Shown: positions 11,320-24,700, numbered from the stretch's first letter. The stretch is 64,000 bases of DNA from Cyanophora paradoxa CCMP329 (GCA_004431415.1 QPMI01000205.1:62001-126000); one strand, 5' to 3'. Program-made: numbers and translations. Notes: generated from the letters alone by a model not told the origin.

Positions 11320-12024
11320 GGGCCCTGGCCCCCGCCACCCCCCGCCCCGCCCCCGCCCCCTCCTCCCCCCGCCTTCCATCCCGGCCCTCCCATCCTCCCC
11401 TCGCGCTCCTCCTCCTCCTCCCTTCGCGCGTGTGCACCAGTGCATGCCCTGTAACTCGCGCCCGGCGCTCAAGATCTGGGGCTCGGGGCTCTGGGCCAGG
11501 AAGGCTTGAGCGCGACTCGGCAACAGAACCTAATGCTACTTGGTGTACATACAGCCTCAATGGCGCAATCGTACAGCCTGGCACTGCCGCAGTGCGCACT
11601 GCGCCCCGGCGGCAGATACAGTTAAACGCCTAGGCCTGGCAGAGGCAGTTCAAGGTTCAGGCAGATCTAGACTCTGGCTAGGCTATTATGCTCTCAGGCT
11701 ACTATGCCATCACGCCACGATGGCATGCCATGATGATCGTGATGCTACCAACTTGCCAGACTCTGAGAGTCGGCAACTTGCGGGCAATTGCAAATCAAAA
11801 GCGGAAATGTCGAGAACATTACATGTCACAGTGTACAGTTAGTCTACACGTGGCCAAGGCCTAGCTAGGCTCCGAGGCTGCGGCCTGACTCGGCGAGGGC
11901 CCGAGCCTCACTGAGAGTCAGCCTCGGGCCTCGGAGGCCCGAGCGCTCCTTCGCTGTCACGGTCGCGCCCCGGGCCCCGGGGCAGGGGTCCGCCCATGAT
12001 CCGCGGCTCAGCGGCTTCCGAAGT

Positions 12025-14279
12025 TCAGCGTTCTGACTGTGTGAACCCTCCACTGGGCGCAGCCGGGGTGGGGGCCGCGTCCGGGGCGGCCGCCGGCGCC
12101 ACAGGGGCGAGGACGGCGCGGAGAAAGGCGGTGACACGCTCCGTGTACTGCGCACCGACCCGTCAGAGGCAGAAGGGGGCGCACGGAAGGCCGCCCGGCC
12201 CGCCCGGCCCGGCGGCCCGCCCCGCCGGCCGCATGAGCACCTCCTCGCGGTGCTTCTCGTACCTGCCGCGCGCCCCAGGGCGTCCGTGAGCGCGAGCGCC
12301 TGCGCATGCGGCCGGGGCCCGGGGGGCCCGGGGGCGCGTGCGCACAGGGAGCAGTGTGTGGCGTCGGGGGCGATCCAGAGCTGCTTCGGCTCCGCCGCCC
12401 GCGCGAAGATGCGCGCGCTGTCCGTGTGCGGAACGATCTCGTCCGCCTGCCGCCGGCGCGGTCGTTGGCCGGGCGGGCGGGGTGGCCGTGGGCCGGGGGC
12501 TGGGGAGCGCACGGTGCCGTGCATGACGAGGAAGGGGCACGCGATGTCCGCCGCCGCGTCGATGGCCGCGCAGCTCCCCCGCTGCGCCCCGCGACGCCCC
12601 GTGAGGCGGGGCGGGCTGGCGGGGCTGGCGGGCGGGCGGGGCGGGCGGGGCGGGGCACCCGCCAGGGGCGAGGAGGGGCACGGCGCCGATGCGGAGGAGG
12701 AGGATGCGGGCGGCGAGGGCCCCAGCAGCAGCCGGAAGGCCGGCTTGTGCTGCCCCGCCCGCCCCGGGTCAGTCGCCGGCGCGGCCCGGACTCCGGGGTC
12801 ATGCTCAAGGCTCGCCTGGGGCATGTAGTTGTGGGCGAGGCGCTCGGCGTGGTGCAGCAGCAGCTCCTCGGGGCGCGCCGGCGCGTTCTCCGCGATCACC
12901 CCCGCCACCCGCACCGCCCCCGCCCCCGCGAGGGCGAGCCCCCGGGCGCCCCGCGGCAGCTCCCGCCCGAGGCAAGCCGGGGCGGCGGCGAGGCGGGCGG
13001 CGGCGGCGGCGGCGAGGATGGCGCTGGAGGCCCCGATGCTGGTGCCGGCGAGGACGACGCGCCCGCTCCCCCGCTCGCCCTGCGTGCGGCCGCGAGGCGG
13101 GGGCTCGGCGCGGGGGCTTGGCGCGGGCCCCGGGGGGCGCCGGGCTCCTGCACCTTCATGTAGCGGACGGCGGCGAGAACGTCCCAGCGCTCGCGGACGC
13201 CGTACGTGAAGCCGGCCCCCGAGCCCTCCGAGGCGCCGTGCTCCAGGAAGTCGAAGAGGAGCACCGCGCAGCCGGCGCCCCGGAAGAGGGGCAGGTGCCG
13301 CAGCCACGCCCGCCGGTCGCGGCCCCCGCCGTGCACGCAGATGACGGCGTCGGCCCCCGCGACGTGCCCGCCCTCGGCCGGCACCAGCCAGCCGCGCATC
13401 CGCCGCCCGTCGAAGGCCGCGAACTCGACCTCCTCGCTGCCGCCGCCCCGGCCCGGCCCCCTCAGCGGAGGCCCGCGGGCGCGACCAGAGAGAAAGGCCG
13501 GGCGCGCGCACTACGGAAGGCCGAAGTCGTATCCTGCCGCAATCGCGCGCCGTCAGCTCGGAATTCAGCACTCGCGATATCGATTGAAACAGGGGGGTGG
13601 CACCAGGGTCGTGGAAGACTGCGATAGGAGGGTAAATTCAAGGGATGGAACTTCGGAAAAGGGACGGTCCCCATGCACGAGCAGCAGGCGCGCAGGCGCA
13701 CCGCCGAACCAGTAGGGCGGAATCGAGTCGGGTTCCATCTCGAGGCGGGCGCGGTACCGGTACCAGGGCGGCCGCACCGCAATCTCAGACAGGAAGAAGG
13801 CGATCAAGACAAAGTAGTACAAGACGGAGGCCGCGACCTGCTCGCATCGAGCGCATCGGCGCCGGCTGATCATGCATCGGCCGCGGATGGCGCGCGCGAG
13901 GCGCCGGCGCCGGCTGGCATGCGCACAGGAACTCGAGGCTAGCGCACCACCGCAATGGCTACAAGCGTGGGAAGAGCTAGCGCACCACTGCAATGGCTAC
14001 AAGCGTGGGAAGTAGGAAGAGAATGAAGATCAAGGGGAGAAAAACCAGCGCCAGCATACTTCTGTCCGAGCTTGAGCGCGCGGGGTTGGATTATAAGATG
14101 ACGCACTTATGCCGATCGAGCGGGATAGTGGTCGATCGGGGCGGTCGAATGCGCTCCGTCGCCTCCCGCGACGCGTACGCCCGGGCCCGCTTCCTCGAGC
14201 TCGCTGCTGCAGCTGCATCGCCAGCGAGCGCAGCCGAACTCGTGGCGCCCGCTGCGTCGGCCGTTGCGGTGCCCTCCAT
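12025..14279 (-). CDS. Membrane-anchored alpha/beta hydrolase (ABHD/serine aminopeptidase S33-like), spliced
   Basis: Hydrophobic N-terminal segments, then VICVHGGG, LLFDFLEHGASEG, nucleophile motif GTSIG, PFLVMHGTxDEIVP and KQLWIAPDATHC. Confidence 0.8.
13938..14012. repeat. 38-bp tandem duplication (2 copies, 1 mismatch)
   Basis: GCTAGCGCACCAC[C/T]GCAATGGCTACAAGCGTGGGAAG starts at 13938 and again at 13976. Confidence 0.95.
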
Positions 14280-14617
14280 CGGAAGCGCCTCGGAGGTGGT
14301 GCAAAGGCGCGCAGGTCTCCAGGGAGCGCTTGCTACTCGCAGAACGAAACAACGCCAAAGCACGAGGATCGGCTCACACGGAGCTCAATAAAGCATCAGC
14401 AGCGCTCAGATCGCGCGTTCGCGCCTGCGCCGGCAGAGCTCGTTGGGGGCTTTTATACCCGCTCTGCGGCAGTAACGAGGGAATTGTATTTCTCTGTACC
14501 CGGGCCGCCGTTTTACGGACCGCTTTGACCGCGCCGGCGAGGCTTAGCATTGAGTTAGCAAGCACCGGAGATCGTAGCTACGCCCCTGCGCGATAGCTGC
14601 AGGGCGGCCGTTCAAAC

Positions 14618-15685
14618 ATGGTGTCCGACGAGCCCGCGGACGAGGTCCCGCTGGATTTGCTCGCTCCCGCGTTCACAGCGCTTCGTACCAGCAGCGCGGA
14701 GGACGTCTTGAGCGAGTTCGAAGACCAGTTCGGCGAGGTCCCCGGCGGGCGCGCTGTGGTCGTTGCTTGCGTCCCTGTCGATGAAGAATCGATGAAGAAA
14801 GCGCTTCGCTATGCGGTAGGGCTCTTTGCGCGCTTTGAAAGCGCCTCCCAGTAACGGAGCCTGCAGGTGCTCTTTGAGAGCGAAGGCGATGAGCGGGAAA
14901 CCGGATTCAGCTTGACGGCGATCGAGGCACGATCAACCGAACTAATTGAGACACGGCAGACCCTGCAGGTGCCAGGATGATCGCTCCCGTCTCCGTGCAT
15001 GTCCCTTCTCCGACCAGCTGTGATCGTTTGGTCCCGCAGCGGACCAGCGAGGCTTTGAGTGAACTGTACAACGTCGTCGCTGATCTGCGGCAGCAGCTCG
15101 CGCGGGCAAAGTAAGCTGCAGGCCGCTCCGGTTGAGACGCCCCGCTCACGCCGGCCCAGGGACCAGTTGGCGCGGAGCGAGGCACAAAGGACCGAAGGAG
15201 TTCGGAGCGTGGAGAAGCTGAAGAAGGAGTTCGACGAGCTGCGCAAGGAGCTTCCGATGCTGTCGGGCGCGATGCCGCGTCCACCCCAGGCACCGCAGGC
15301 GAGCCGTCCAGGCGGCCGCCCGCCCTCGATACCCGGCCCCGCGCCGCCCCAAAGCCGGCCGCAGCCCTTTCGGGGCTCCGGGCCGGCCGCCGCGCCGCCA
15401 CCGGGACCACGAGGAGCCCCAGCAGCCTCAGGCAACGCCGTCCCTCGCCTCCACATCCCCGTCCAGCCCGCCGCCGCCCCCTCGCCCGCCCCAGAAGCCC
15501 CCAGCCGAGACGGCCAGCCCGCGGCCGCTGCGAATGGAGCGGGCGATAGCGCTGATCAACCAGTACCAGCCGCCGCCGACAGTGCCAGCGCCAAGAAGAA
15601 GAGGAGAAGGCGGAAGAAGAAGGCCCAGCCCGAGGGCGGCGCCCCCGGCGACGGGAGCGACGACGACGGGCCCGGCGGAGAATGA
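14618..15685 (+). CDS. Hypothetical protein with central coiled coil and Pro-rich/basic (KKKRRRRKKK) C-terminus, 4 exons
   Basis: Spliceable open frame MVSDEPADEV...ELYNVVADLRQQLARAK|DQLARSEAQR...EKLKKEFDELRKEL...GGE*. No family recognised. Confidence 0.6.
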
Positions 15686-15875
15686 CGTTCGCCCTCTCTC
15701 CCTTTTCTTTCTTTCTTTCGCCCGTCGGAGCGCTGACGGCCCCTCGGCGCAGGACGCGTGACGCGCCCTCACCCCTTCCTTCCTTTCGCCTCCCCATCCC
15801 CCTCCGACCACCGTCACCAGTCTAGTCGCCACAAATTTCAAGCAGCGATCAGGACGCGAGGGGGCGGGGCGGGGC

Positions 15876-18477
15876 CTAGGGGAAGAGGCGCTGGGGGTCG
15901 CGGGGGAACATGGAGGTGTTGCGGATGTTGGGGAGGCCGAGGTAGAGCATCGTCACGCGCTCCAGGCCCACCCCCGCGCCCCCGTGCGGCGGCGCCCCGT
16001 ACTTGAACGCGTCGATGTACCCCTGCAGCGAGGGCACGCCTGCGCGCGCGGCGCGTGAGGCGGGGCGGGCGGGGCGGGCGGGGCGGGGCGGACTGATGCC
16101 CATCTCGGTGGCGCGCTGCTCGAGGAGGGCGGGGTCGTGCACGCGCTGCGCCCCCGACACGATCTCCTCCCCGCGCATGAACAGGTCGTACGAGTTCGAG
16201 TAGCGCTGCAGGGCCGCGAGGGTCACCGCACGGCCGGCCACGCGCGGCGGCAGGGGAGGGCGGACCTTGTCGTTGGGGTTGGGCATGGTGTAGAAGGGCC
16301 GCACGGCGAGCGGGTACTGCGCGGCGGCGCGTCGGCGGGGCGGGCGGGGGAGAGGGGCGGCGGGGCAGGGCGGGGCACCTGGTCCATCATGTAGAAGTCG
16401 GTGTCGTACTTCTCGCGCACCAGGGCCCCGAGCTTCTTCTCCTGCGCCGTGCTGCCCGCCCCGCGTCGGCGCGGCCGCCGGGGCGGGGCGCGGGGGGCGG
16501 GGGGCGGGGCGGGGGGCGGGCGGACTTGAGGTCGTCGTAGTCGCCGACCTCGACGCCGGCGTCGCGGAGCATCTTGATGCCCTCCGCGAAGGTGATGCGC
16601 AGCGAGGGCTTGCGGTACTTGAAGGGGGTGAAGGGGAACTGGGCGCGGACGGCGGCGAGCTCCTTGGCGCAGCGCTTCTCGAGGTTCTCGAAGATGTAGA
16701 CGAAGAGGCCGTCGAGCACGTCGAGCACCTCGTAGTAGTGCTCCTTGATCGCCATCTCCAGGTCCAGCCCGATGAACTCCGTCAGGTGTCGGTGCGTGTT
16801 CGAGTTCTCCGCCCGGAACACCGAGCCCACCTGCGCGGCCCCCGGCCCCGTGAGACGAGGCCGGCGCCGGCGCCGGGCGGGGCCAGGGGCCCGCCTCGAA
16901 GACGCGGTCGAGGTCGGCGGTGATGGCCATCTGCTTGTAGAGCTGCGGGCTCTGCGCCAGGCAGCACTCCCCTGCCGCCCCGTCCCGCCCCGCGTCGGCG
17001 GCAGCGAAAGGAGGGGAAAGGGAGGGAAAGGAAAGGGGCGGGCTCACGGTCAAAGTACTTGACCTTGAAGACGGCGGCGCCGCCCTCGCTGGCCCCCGGG
17101 ATGATCTTCGGGGTGTGGATCTGCCCGCCCCGCCGCGTCGGGGGCGCCGGGGCGGCGGGGCGGGGCGGGGGCGGGCGGGGGCGACCTCGACGAAGTCCTG
17201 GGAGAGGAGGAACTCGCGGAAGAAGGTGCCGACCGCCGACTGGATGCGGAAGATCGCCTGCTTCGCCGTCGTCTGCGCCCCCGCCCCGCCCCGTCAGTGC
17301 CGGCGGCCGGCGCGCGGCGCGGGGCTGGAGCGCGGCGCACGCGGAGGTCGATCACGCGGTTGTCGAGGCGGGTGTCCTGGTTCACGCGCACGAAGGGGTT
17401 GTTCTGCGTCGCCCCGTGAGGAGGCCGCCGGGCGGGCGGCGGGCGGGGGGCGGCGGGGCCGCACGGGGTCGGCGTCGGGCATGTCCTCGGGGCGGGAGGC
17501 GTCCTCGAGCTGGAAGGGCAGCACGGGCTGCGACTTGGAGACGGCGTAGAGCTTGCGGACCTGCACCTCCACCTCCTGCTTGCTGCAGCTCGCGATCTTC
17601 TCGCTCGCCGCCGTCACCGTCCCCTGCACGTCCACGATCGTCTCCTTCGGCAGCCTGCCCGCCCCGTTCGTCCGCCGCCGGCTCCGCGCGAGCTCCGCGG
17701 GCGGCCGGCACGCACCCCATCGCGTACTTCACGAACTCCTTCGACACGAAGTCGTTCACGGCGACGACCGCCTGCACGGTCGCTGTCTTCTGGCGCAGCA
17801 CGATGAAAGCGAGCTTGCCTGGCGCGCCGCGTGAGCGAGCAGCGCCGCCGGCGCGAGGGAACCCGCTCACCCTTGCCGCGGACATTGTGGAGCCGGGCGC
17901 GGATCCAGACGGGCGTCTCGGTGGGAACGAGGCTGTCAACATCCACGAAATTGCGCTTCGTCTGGGTCTGCGACGCGATGAGGTCGTAGTCGCCGAACGC
18001 CTCCTCGAAGTTCGAGGTCAGACTGATCTTCGCGATAGCATCGGCCGCCTGCGCCGTCATCGCGTCAGTCCAGCTGTTCAGAATGATGCGCGTACGTTGT
18101 GCAGCTAGCTTAGCCGCGCAGCGGTCAAAGGAGCTCATGCGCGTCGCTACGGCGGCGAGGTAGGCGTGCGAGACCGAGCGAGCGGCCATATATGCCGAGC
18201 TGTCCCAGCTATCTCGGCACGCTCGTGCTGACGCGCGGTCGGCCTCACCTCCTTCGCGGCGGAATCGGCGGCGGCGGCCTTCTTCGCCTCCTTGGCGGCC
18301 TTCTCGGCCTCCTTCGCCTTCTTCTTCTCCTCGCGCTGGCGCTTGATCTCCTCCTCCGTGAGCTCCGGCTTACGTCCCTGCAGCGCCCGATGTCAGCGCG
18401 GCCGGACGAGCGGAGCACGACTGCGTTGTTAGAAGGAGCGGCGTGCGCTATCGGCAGCGCACCGCCGCGTCCGCCAT
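15876..18477 (-). CDS. DARS1: Aspartyl-tRNA synthetase, cytosolic type
   Basis: [65 protein letters not shown]. Confidence 0.97.
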
Positions 18478-18614
18478 GTCACGCTGTGGTCTGGGGTACA
18501 AGTGGCAGGAGTGGGGTACGCCACTTTAAGGTTTGAGTTTGGCGGGCTCTCTCGGCTGTCTCGCTTCCCAGCCCTCCCAGCCCACGGCGACGGCCTCAGG
18601 AGGCACAACTGAAG

Positions 18615-20685
18615 ATGGCAGCAGATCCTAGCCTCGAGCGCACGTTCCGGGGCCACAAAGACAGCCTGACCGCCGTCGCGTTCGGCCCCGGCGCAAAGCA
18701 GCTCGTCTCCGCGTCTCTAGACACCCATGTCATGGTCTGGAACTTCAAGCCGCAGCTGCGGGCGTACAACTACGAGGGCCACAGGGTCCGCACGTTCGAA
18801 CTTGGTAGCCGCGCGGCCCGCTGACTTCGCGCGGGACAGGGGCCGGTGCAATGTGTAGCTTTCTCGCAGTCCGGCGCTCTGATAGCTTCTGGTTCTAAGG
18901 ACAAGACAGTCCGGCTCTGGCTCCCCACCGTGTGCGTCGGGCGCGGCTCCAGACTTTTCAAAGCCTGATCGCCAAGCGCAGCAAGGGCGAGTCATCGGTG
19001 ATCAAGGCACACACTGGGACGGTTCGGAGTGTCTGCTTCTCGCGGGACGGCGCCTGCCTGCTCACAGCATCGGACGACAAGACCGTCAAGGTCGGGCCCG
19101 CTTAGCAGTTGCCCCTCCGCGAGCTCTGAACTCTCGCGGCCCGCAGCTGTGGAGTGTGACCGACCAGAAGTTCCAGTTCACACTCGCGGGCCACAGCAAC
19201 TGGGTCCGCTCAGCGGTCTTCAGCCCGGACGCACGGCTGGCGGTGAGCGGCGGCGACGACAAGCTCGTCCGCCTGTGGGACCTGCGCTCCCGCGCCTGCG
19301 TGCAGGCCTTCTACGACCACAGCGGGTGCGTGGGCGCTTTCCCTTGGCGGGGCCGGCGCTGAGGGGCGGCGCGCAGGAGCGTGAACACGGTGCAGTTCCA
19401 CCCGGACGGGACGTGCGTGGCGGCGGGGAGCGCGGACCAGACGATCAAGGTGTGGGACGCGCGGACGTACAAGCTGCTGCAGCACTACGCGGCGCACGGG
19501 GACGCCGTCAACCAGATCGCGTTCCACCCCTCCGGCAACTTCCTCCTCTCCGCCTCCAGCGACACCACCGTCAAGGCGAGCCCCGCCGCCCGCCGCCGGC
19601 CGGGGGGCGCGCCGCACGCTCGCTCACCCTGGCGGCAGGTGTGGGACGTGCGGGAGGGCCACCTCTACTACACGCTGCACGGGCACGAGGGCGCCGCCAC
19701 CGCGTGCGCCTTCTCCGCCGAGGGCGACCGCTTCGCGACGGCCGGCTCCGACGGGCAGCTCATGGTCTGGCGCACCAACTTCGACCGCCACGCCGCCCCC
19801 GCCGACGAGAACCTCCCGCCGCGCCCCGCCAGCGCCGCCCCCGCCCGGCCCCGCTCCGCCGAGCGGCAGCGGCCGAGCACCGCCCCCGCGCGCCGCCTCG
19901 CCGAGGCGACGGGCCCCGCCTTCGCGCTCCCCACCCCCGCCCCCGCCTTCGCCCCGCCGCAACGGCCGCCTCCCGCCCGGCGACCTCCTCGCGGCCGGCG
20001 GCGCGCCACTCGGAGCCGGCCGCCCGCGCGCCCCGGCCGCCTTCGCGGCGGAGGCCCGCGCGCGGCACCGGAGCCTGCGCCGGGGGCCGGCGGGGAGACG
20101 GCGGAGGGGGCGCGGGGCGGGCCGACGGTGGTGGACGCGAGGGGGCGTGTGGTGGAGGTGCCGGTCATGGCGGCCGCGCTCCCCGACCAGGCAAGCGCGG
20201 CCCGCTCGCGGGGCGGCCCCGGCGGGGGGCGCCTGCTGAGGGCGGGGCGGGCAGGTGGCGAGCGCGCTCGACCAGGTGGCCTCGCAGCTGCACCTCATGT
20301 CGAGGACCCTGGAAATGTTTGAGGCAGGCGCCCCCCGCCTCGCACCCCGCCCCGCGCCCCGCCCCGCCTCATGCGCCTCGGGCAGGAGCGGATCACGGCG
20401 AACGAGGAGAAGGTGAGCCGCATCGAGGACACGATGGCCGGTGCGCCGCCCCGGCCCTTCTCGTCCCGCGCCGCGCCGGCCGCGCCGACGCGGGGCGGGG
20501 CAGCGCTGGTGCGCTCCCTCTCGGCGACGGCGGCGATCCAGCGGGAGGCCATCGTGGAGCTGAGCTCCCGGGCGCCGTACAGCCCGTCGCGCCCCGACGC
20601 GCCCTTCAGCCCCTCCCGCGCCCCCGCCGACCAGCAGCAGCAGCAGCAGCAGCCTCACGACGCCGAGGACGAGGCCGAGCCCTGA
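18615..20685 (+). CDS. POC1: Centriolar WD40 protein POC1
   Basis: [13 protein letters not shown] start, seven WD40 repeats, LMVWRTNFD, and the C-terminal Poc1 coiled coil [30 protein letters not shown]. One probable indel error in the GC-rich linker exon. Confidence 0.93.
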
Positions 20686-21748
20686 GCCCGTGCCCGTCCC
20701 CGGGGGGCGCGCCCCGCCCCCTCTTTCTTTCCCGCTCTCCGTCCCTTCCGCCCCCTCCTCCGTAGGCCTCGTGTGCAGGTTCACCCCTCTTCCACGTTTG
20801 AATTGCAATTCGTGCTTCGCGCCAGCTCCACGGCTTCACTGCAGCTGCGGCCTGCCAGAGCCAGGCTTCGCGGCTTGGACTCCCTCCGGTAGTTCTGAGC
20901 CACATGATCATGAAAAGATTATCGCCTTCAGATAGGCCTGAACATTGCCTGATCACAGCTGCCGCAGTGCAGTGGCACTGTGGCATGCGCAGGGTCGACG
21001 TCCGACGGTCATGACTCAGTGACTCATGATCAGCGGGGGGGGCGGGGCCCGGGGCCCGGGGGTTGCTTGAGCCCCTGAGGGCCCGGGGCCCGGGGGTTGC
21101 TGACTCAAGAGCCCCGGGGGGCACGGTGTGATCATGAGGCGCCGGCCGGGCATCATGGCATCCGACTCGGTGGCCCGGCGGCGAGGTTCATGATCGGATC
21201 AAGCCTTGAAGGCTTTCATTTGCAATTCAATGATTGACACTGTCACACCGTCAATGTGACATTGCCAACTTGGCAAGTTGAAGCCTCAGCGGCCTAGGCC
21301 TGAAGTTTGAATTCATCCCCGGGCCCACCGTGACCTCCCCCCGCTGGGCCCGGGGCCTCCGGCCCCGCCCGGGCCCGGCTCGACGCTGCATTTGCAAGCT
21401 GCCAGTCGCCTGTGTGTCACGAGTACCGATCAATGAGCCGCCGAGGTCATGATCCGATGATCCGGCCCTCAGCGTGAAGGTTGCCAAACTGTGGCACGGG
21501 CTGCGAAGCCTCGAAGGCTGCTGAAGCATACTGATATTGAAGAGAAGAGAAGCCAGTTACAAAAGCAAACACACACACGGCTGCGACTGGACTGCTGCTG
21601 GGCTCATGATCAGGGGCCGTCTACAGCCCAACGTCTTTGAATTTGAAGGCTGGGGCCGGTGGCCCCCGTCTGGCTCCTAGACTGATTTGAAACACGTAAA
21701 ATAAGAGTTGAAAAGCGGTGGCGGGCGCGGCGTGCTGGCGCGGGCCGG

Positions 21749-24700
21749 TTACGCGGTGCCGTAGCCGCTGGAGGCGGCCTTGGCGTAGAGGCCGTCGACG
21801 ACCTTCTTGGCGTCGCCGAAGAGCATGCGGGTGTTGCCCTTGTAGAAGAGCGGGTTGTCGACGCCGGCGTAGCCCGTGGCCATCGAGCGCTTCATGACGA
21901 TGCAGGTCTTGGCGTGCCAGACCTTGAGCACGGGCATGCCGGCGATGGGCGAGCCCGGGTCCTCCTCCGCGGCGGGGTTCACGATGTCGTTCGCGCCGAT
22001 GACGAGCGCCACGTCCGTGCTCTCGAAGTCGTCGTTGATCTCGTCCATCTCCTGCACGATGTCGTACGGCACGTTCGCCTCCGCGAGGAGCACGTTCATG
22101 TGGCCCGGCAGGCGCCCGGCGACGGGGTGGATGGCGAAGCGGACGTCGACCTTGCGCTCCCGGAGGAGCTTGACGAGCTGCGAGAGCGAGTGCTGCGCCT
22201 GGGCGACGGCCATGCCGTAACCGGGGACGATGATCGCCGACTTGGCGTCCTTGAGGAGGGCCACCGTCTCGTCGATCGACGTGCTCTTCACCTCCCCCGT
22301 GGGGGCGGCGGCGGCGGTGCCGGCCTCCACGCCGAAGCCGCCGGCGATGACGGAGACGAAGGAGCGGTTCATGGCCTTGCACATGATGTAGGAGAGGATG
22401 GCGCCGGACGAGCCGACGAGGGCGCCCGTGACGATGAGGAGGTCGTTGCCGAAGATGAAGCCGTCGGCGGCGGTGGCCCAGCCGGAGTAGCTGTTGAGCA
22501 TGGAGACGACGACGGGCATGTCGGCGCCGCCGATGGCCATCACGAGGTGCACGCCGAGGACGCCGGCGAGGACGGCGACGACGATGAGGTGCCAGAGGGC
22601 GGTGGCGCCGGGGCTGACGGTCACGTAGTAGCCGAGGACGAACGAGGCGACGATGATGACGAGGTTGCCGAAGTGGCGGGCGGGGAGGACGAGCGGGGCG
22701 CCCGAGATGGAGCCCTGGAGCTTGCCGAAGGCGATCACCGAGCCGGTGAAGGTGACGGCACCGATCAGCACGCCCAGCTGCGGGGCCCGCCGCGTCAGGC
22801 GGGGCGGGGGGCCGGCGGGGCGGGGCGGGGCGGGGCGGGGCGGGCGGACGAAGATGGCGCCCTTGTGGATGATCTCGTCGGCGCCGGTCATGCCGGGCTC
22901 GGGGGAGATGTAGGAGCCGATGGAGACGAGGACGGCGGCCATGCCGACGAACGAGTGGAAGCCGGCGACGAGCTGCGGCAGCTGCACCATCTCCACCTTC
23001 GCAGCGACGAACGCCCCGAAGATCGCCCCGGGGATGATCGACAGCGCGAAGATCGCTGCGCGTGCGCGCGCCGGTGAGGGGCCGTTTCGGGGAGGGGCGG
23101 GGCGGGGCGGGGCGGACGGAGGTTGGCGGTGTGGACGACGGCGGTGGCGGCGACGGCGATGGCCATGCCGATCATGCCGAAGAGGTTGCCCCGGGACGAC
23201 GTCTCCTGGTTGGCGAGCCCCGAGAGCGAGAGGATGAAGAGCGCGGCCGCGACGACGCAGGCCGTGATCGCCAGGCGCTCGGCGCGCGAGAACTGGTCCT
23301 CCGTGCGGAAGAGCACGCCCAGGCCGACCTGCGCCGCGATGAAGACGACGGCGGGGATGACGAAGCTGACGATCTGCTTGTACGAGTGGCTCTCGCCCGC
23401 CCCCTCGCGCTTGAACATGCCGAGCATGCGCTTGGTGATGAGGAAGCCACCGGCGATGTTCACGGTCGCGATGAGGATCGAGATGCCGCCGAGGACGGTC
23501 GGGATGGACTCGAGCTTCTCCTGCAGGCCGACCATCCCGCCCACGACGATGATGCCCGAGATGGCGTTCGTCACGGCCATCAGCGGCGAGTGCAGCGACG
23601 GCGTCACGTTCCAGATGACTGCGCCCCGGCCGCCCCTCAGCGGCGCCGATGCGGGGCGGGGGCGGGGCGTGGCGGGGGCGCGGACCCTGGTAGCCGATGA
23701 AGCAGGCGAGGATGAAGACGGTGAAGTGGGAGATGAACTGGCCGGGCGCGAAGACGCCGACGGCGATGAAGAAGAGCGCCGCCGCGAAGACCGACGTCGC
23801 CGACGTGTCAGCGGGCGCGCCGCCGCCGCCGCCGCCGTGGCCGTGCCCGTGCCCACCGCTCTTCTTCTTCTCCTCCCGCTTCACCAGCGGCGTCGACTCC
23901 GCCGGCTTAGGCCTGCGCCCCGCGTCGGCCCGCGGTGCCGCGGCGGCGGGGCGGGGCGGGGCGGGGCGGACGCGGCGGGTGCGGCGGCGGCGGGCTTGGG
24001 GGCGGCGGGGGCGGCGCCCGGGGCGGGTGCGGCCTTCTTCGGGGGCGGCCACATGAGCTGGCCGTCCTGCCAGACGAGCATGCCGCGGACGATCTCGTCG
24101 TCGTGGTCAAAGCGCAGGTTGCCGTCCTTGAAGAGCAGCTTCACGAGGTTGCAGATGTTCAGGGAGTAGAACTGCGACGCCTGGATCGCGTAGCGCGACG
24201 GCAGGTCCGTGTACCCCAGGATCGTCACCCCCTTGTGCTCCACCGCCTTGTCCTTCACCGTCAGCTCGCAGTTGCCTGCCGCCGCGTGAGCCGCCTCCGC
24301 GCGGGGCGCGGGGCGGGGCGGGGCGGGGCGGGGGCGGACCGCCCATCTCGGCAGCGAGGTCGATGACGACCGAGCCGGGCTTCATGTTCTCCACGCACTG
24401 CTTGGAGATGAGCTTGGGGGCCGCCACGCCCGGCACCAGCGCCCTGCGCGCCGCCCCTCAGCGAGGCCCCCGGCGGGGGCGGGGGCGGGGGCGGGGGCGG
24501 GGGCGGGGCGGGCGGACGTTGTGATGATGACGTCCATCTCGAGCGCCTCCTTCTCGAACAGGCGCCGCTCCGCCTCGAGGAAGGCGTCCGACATCTGCTT
24601 CGCGTACCCGCCGTCGCCTGCCCGCCCGCCCCCGCGTCAGTCGGGGCGCGTCGCGTCGGCAGCGGGGCCTCGGGGGGCGGGGGGCGCACCGCGGCCCTCC

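Noticed and set aside
13938-14012. CRISPR-like direct repeat
   Set aside because: Only two adjacent copies, no spacer, eukaryotic context and no cas genes.
20632-20652. (CAG)7 microsatellite
   Set aside because: Ordinary short poly-Gln tract in the POC1 tail.
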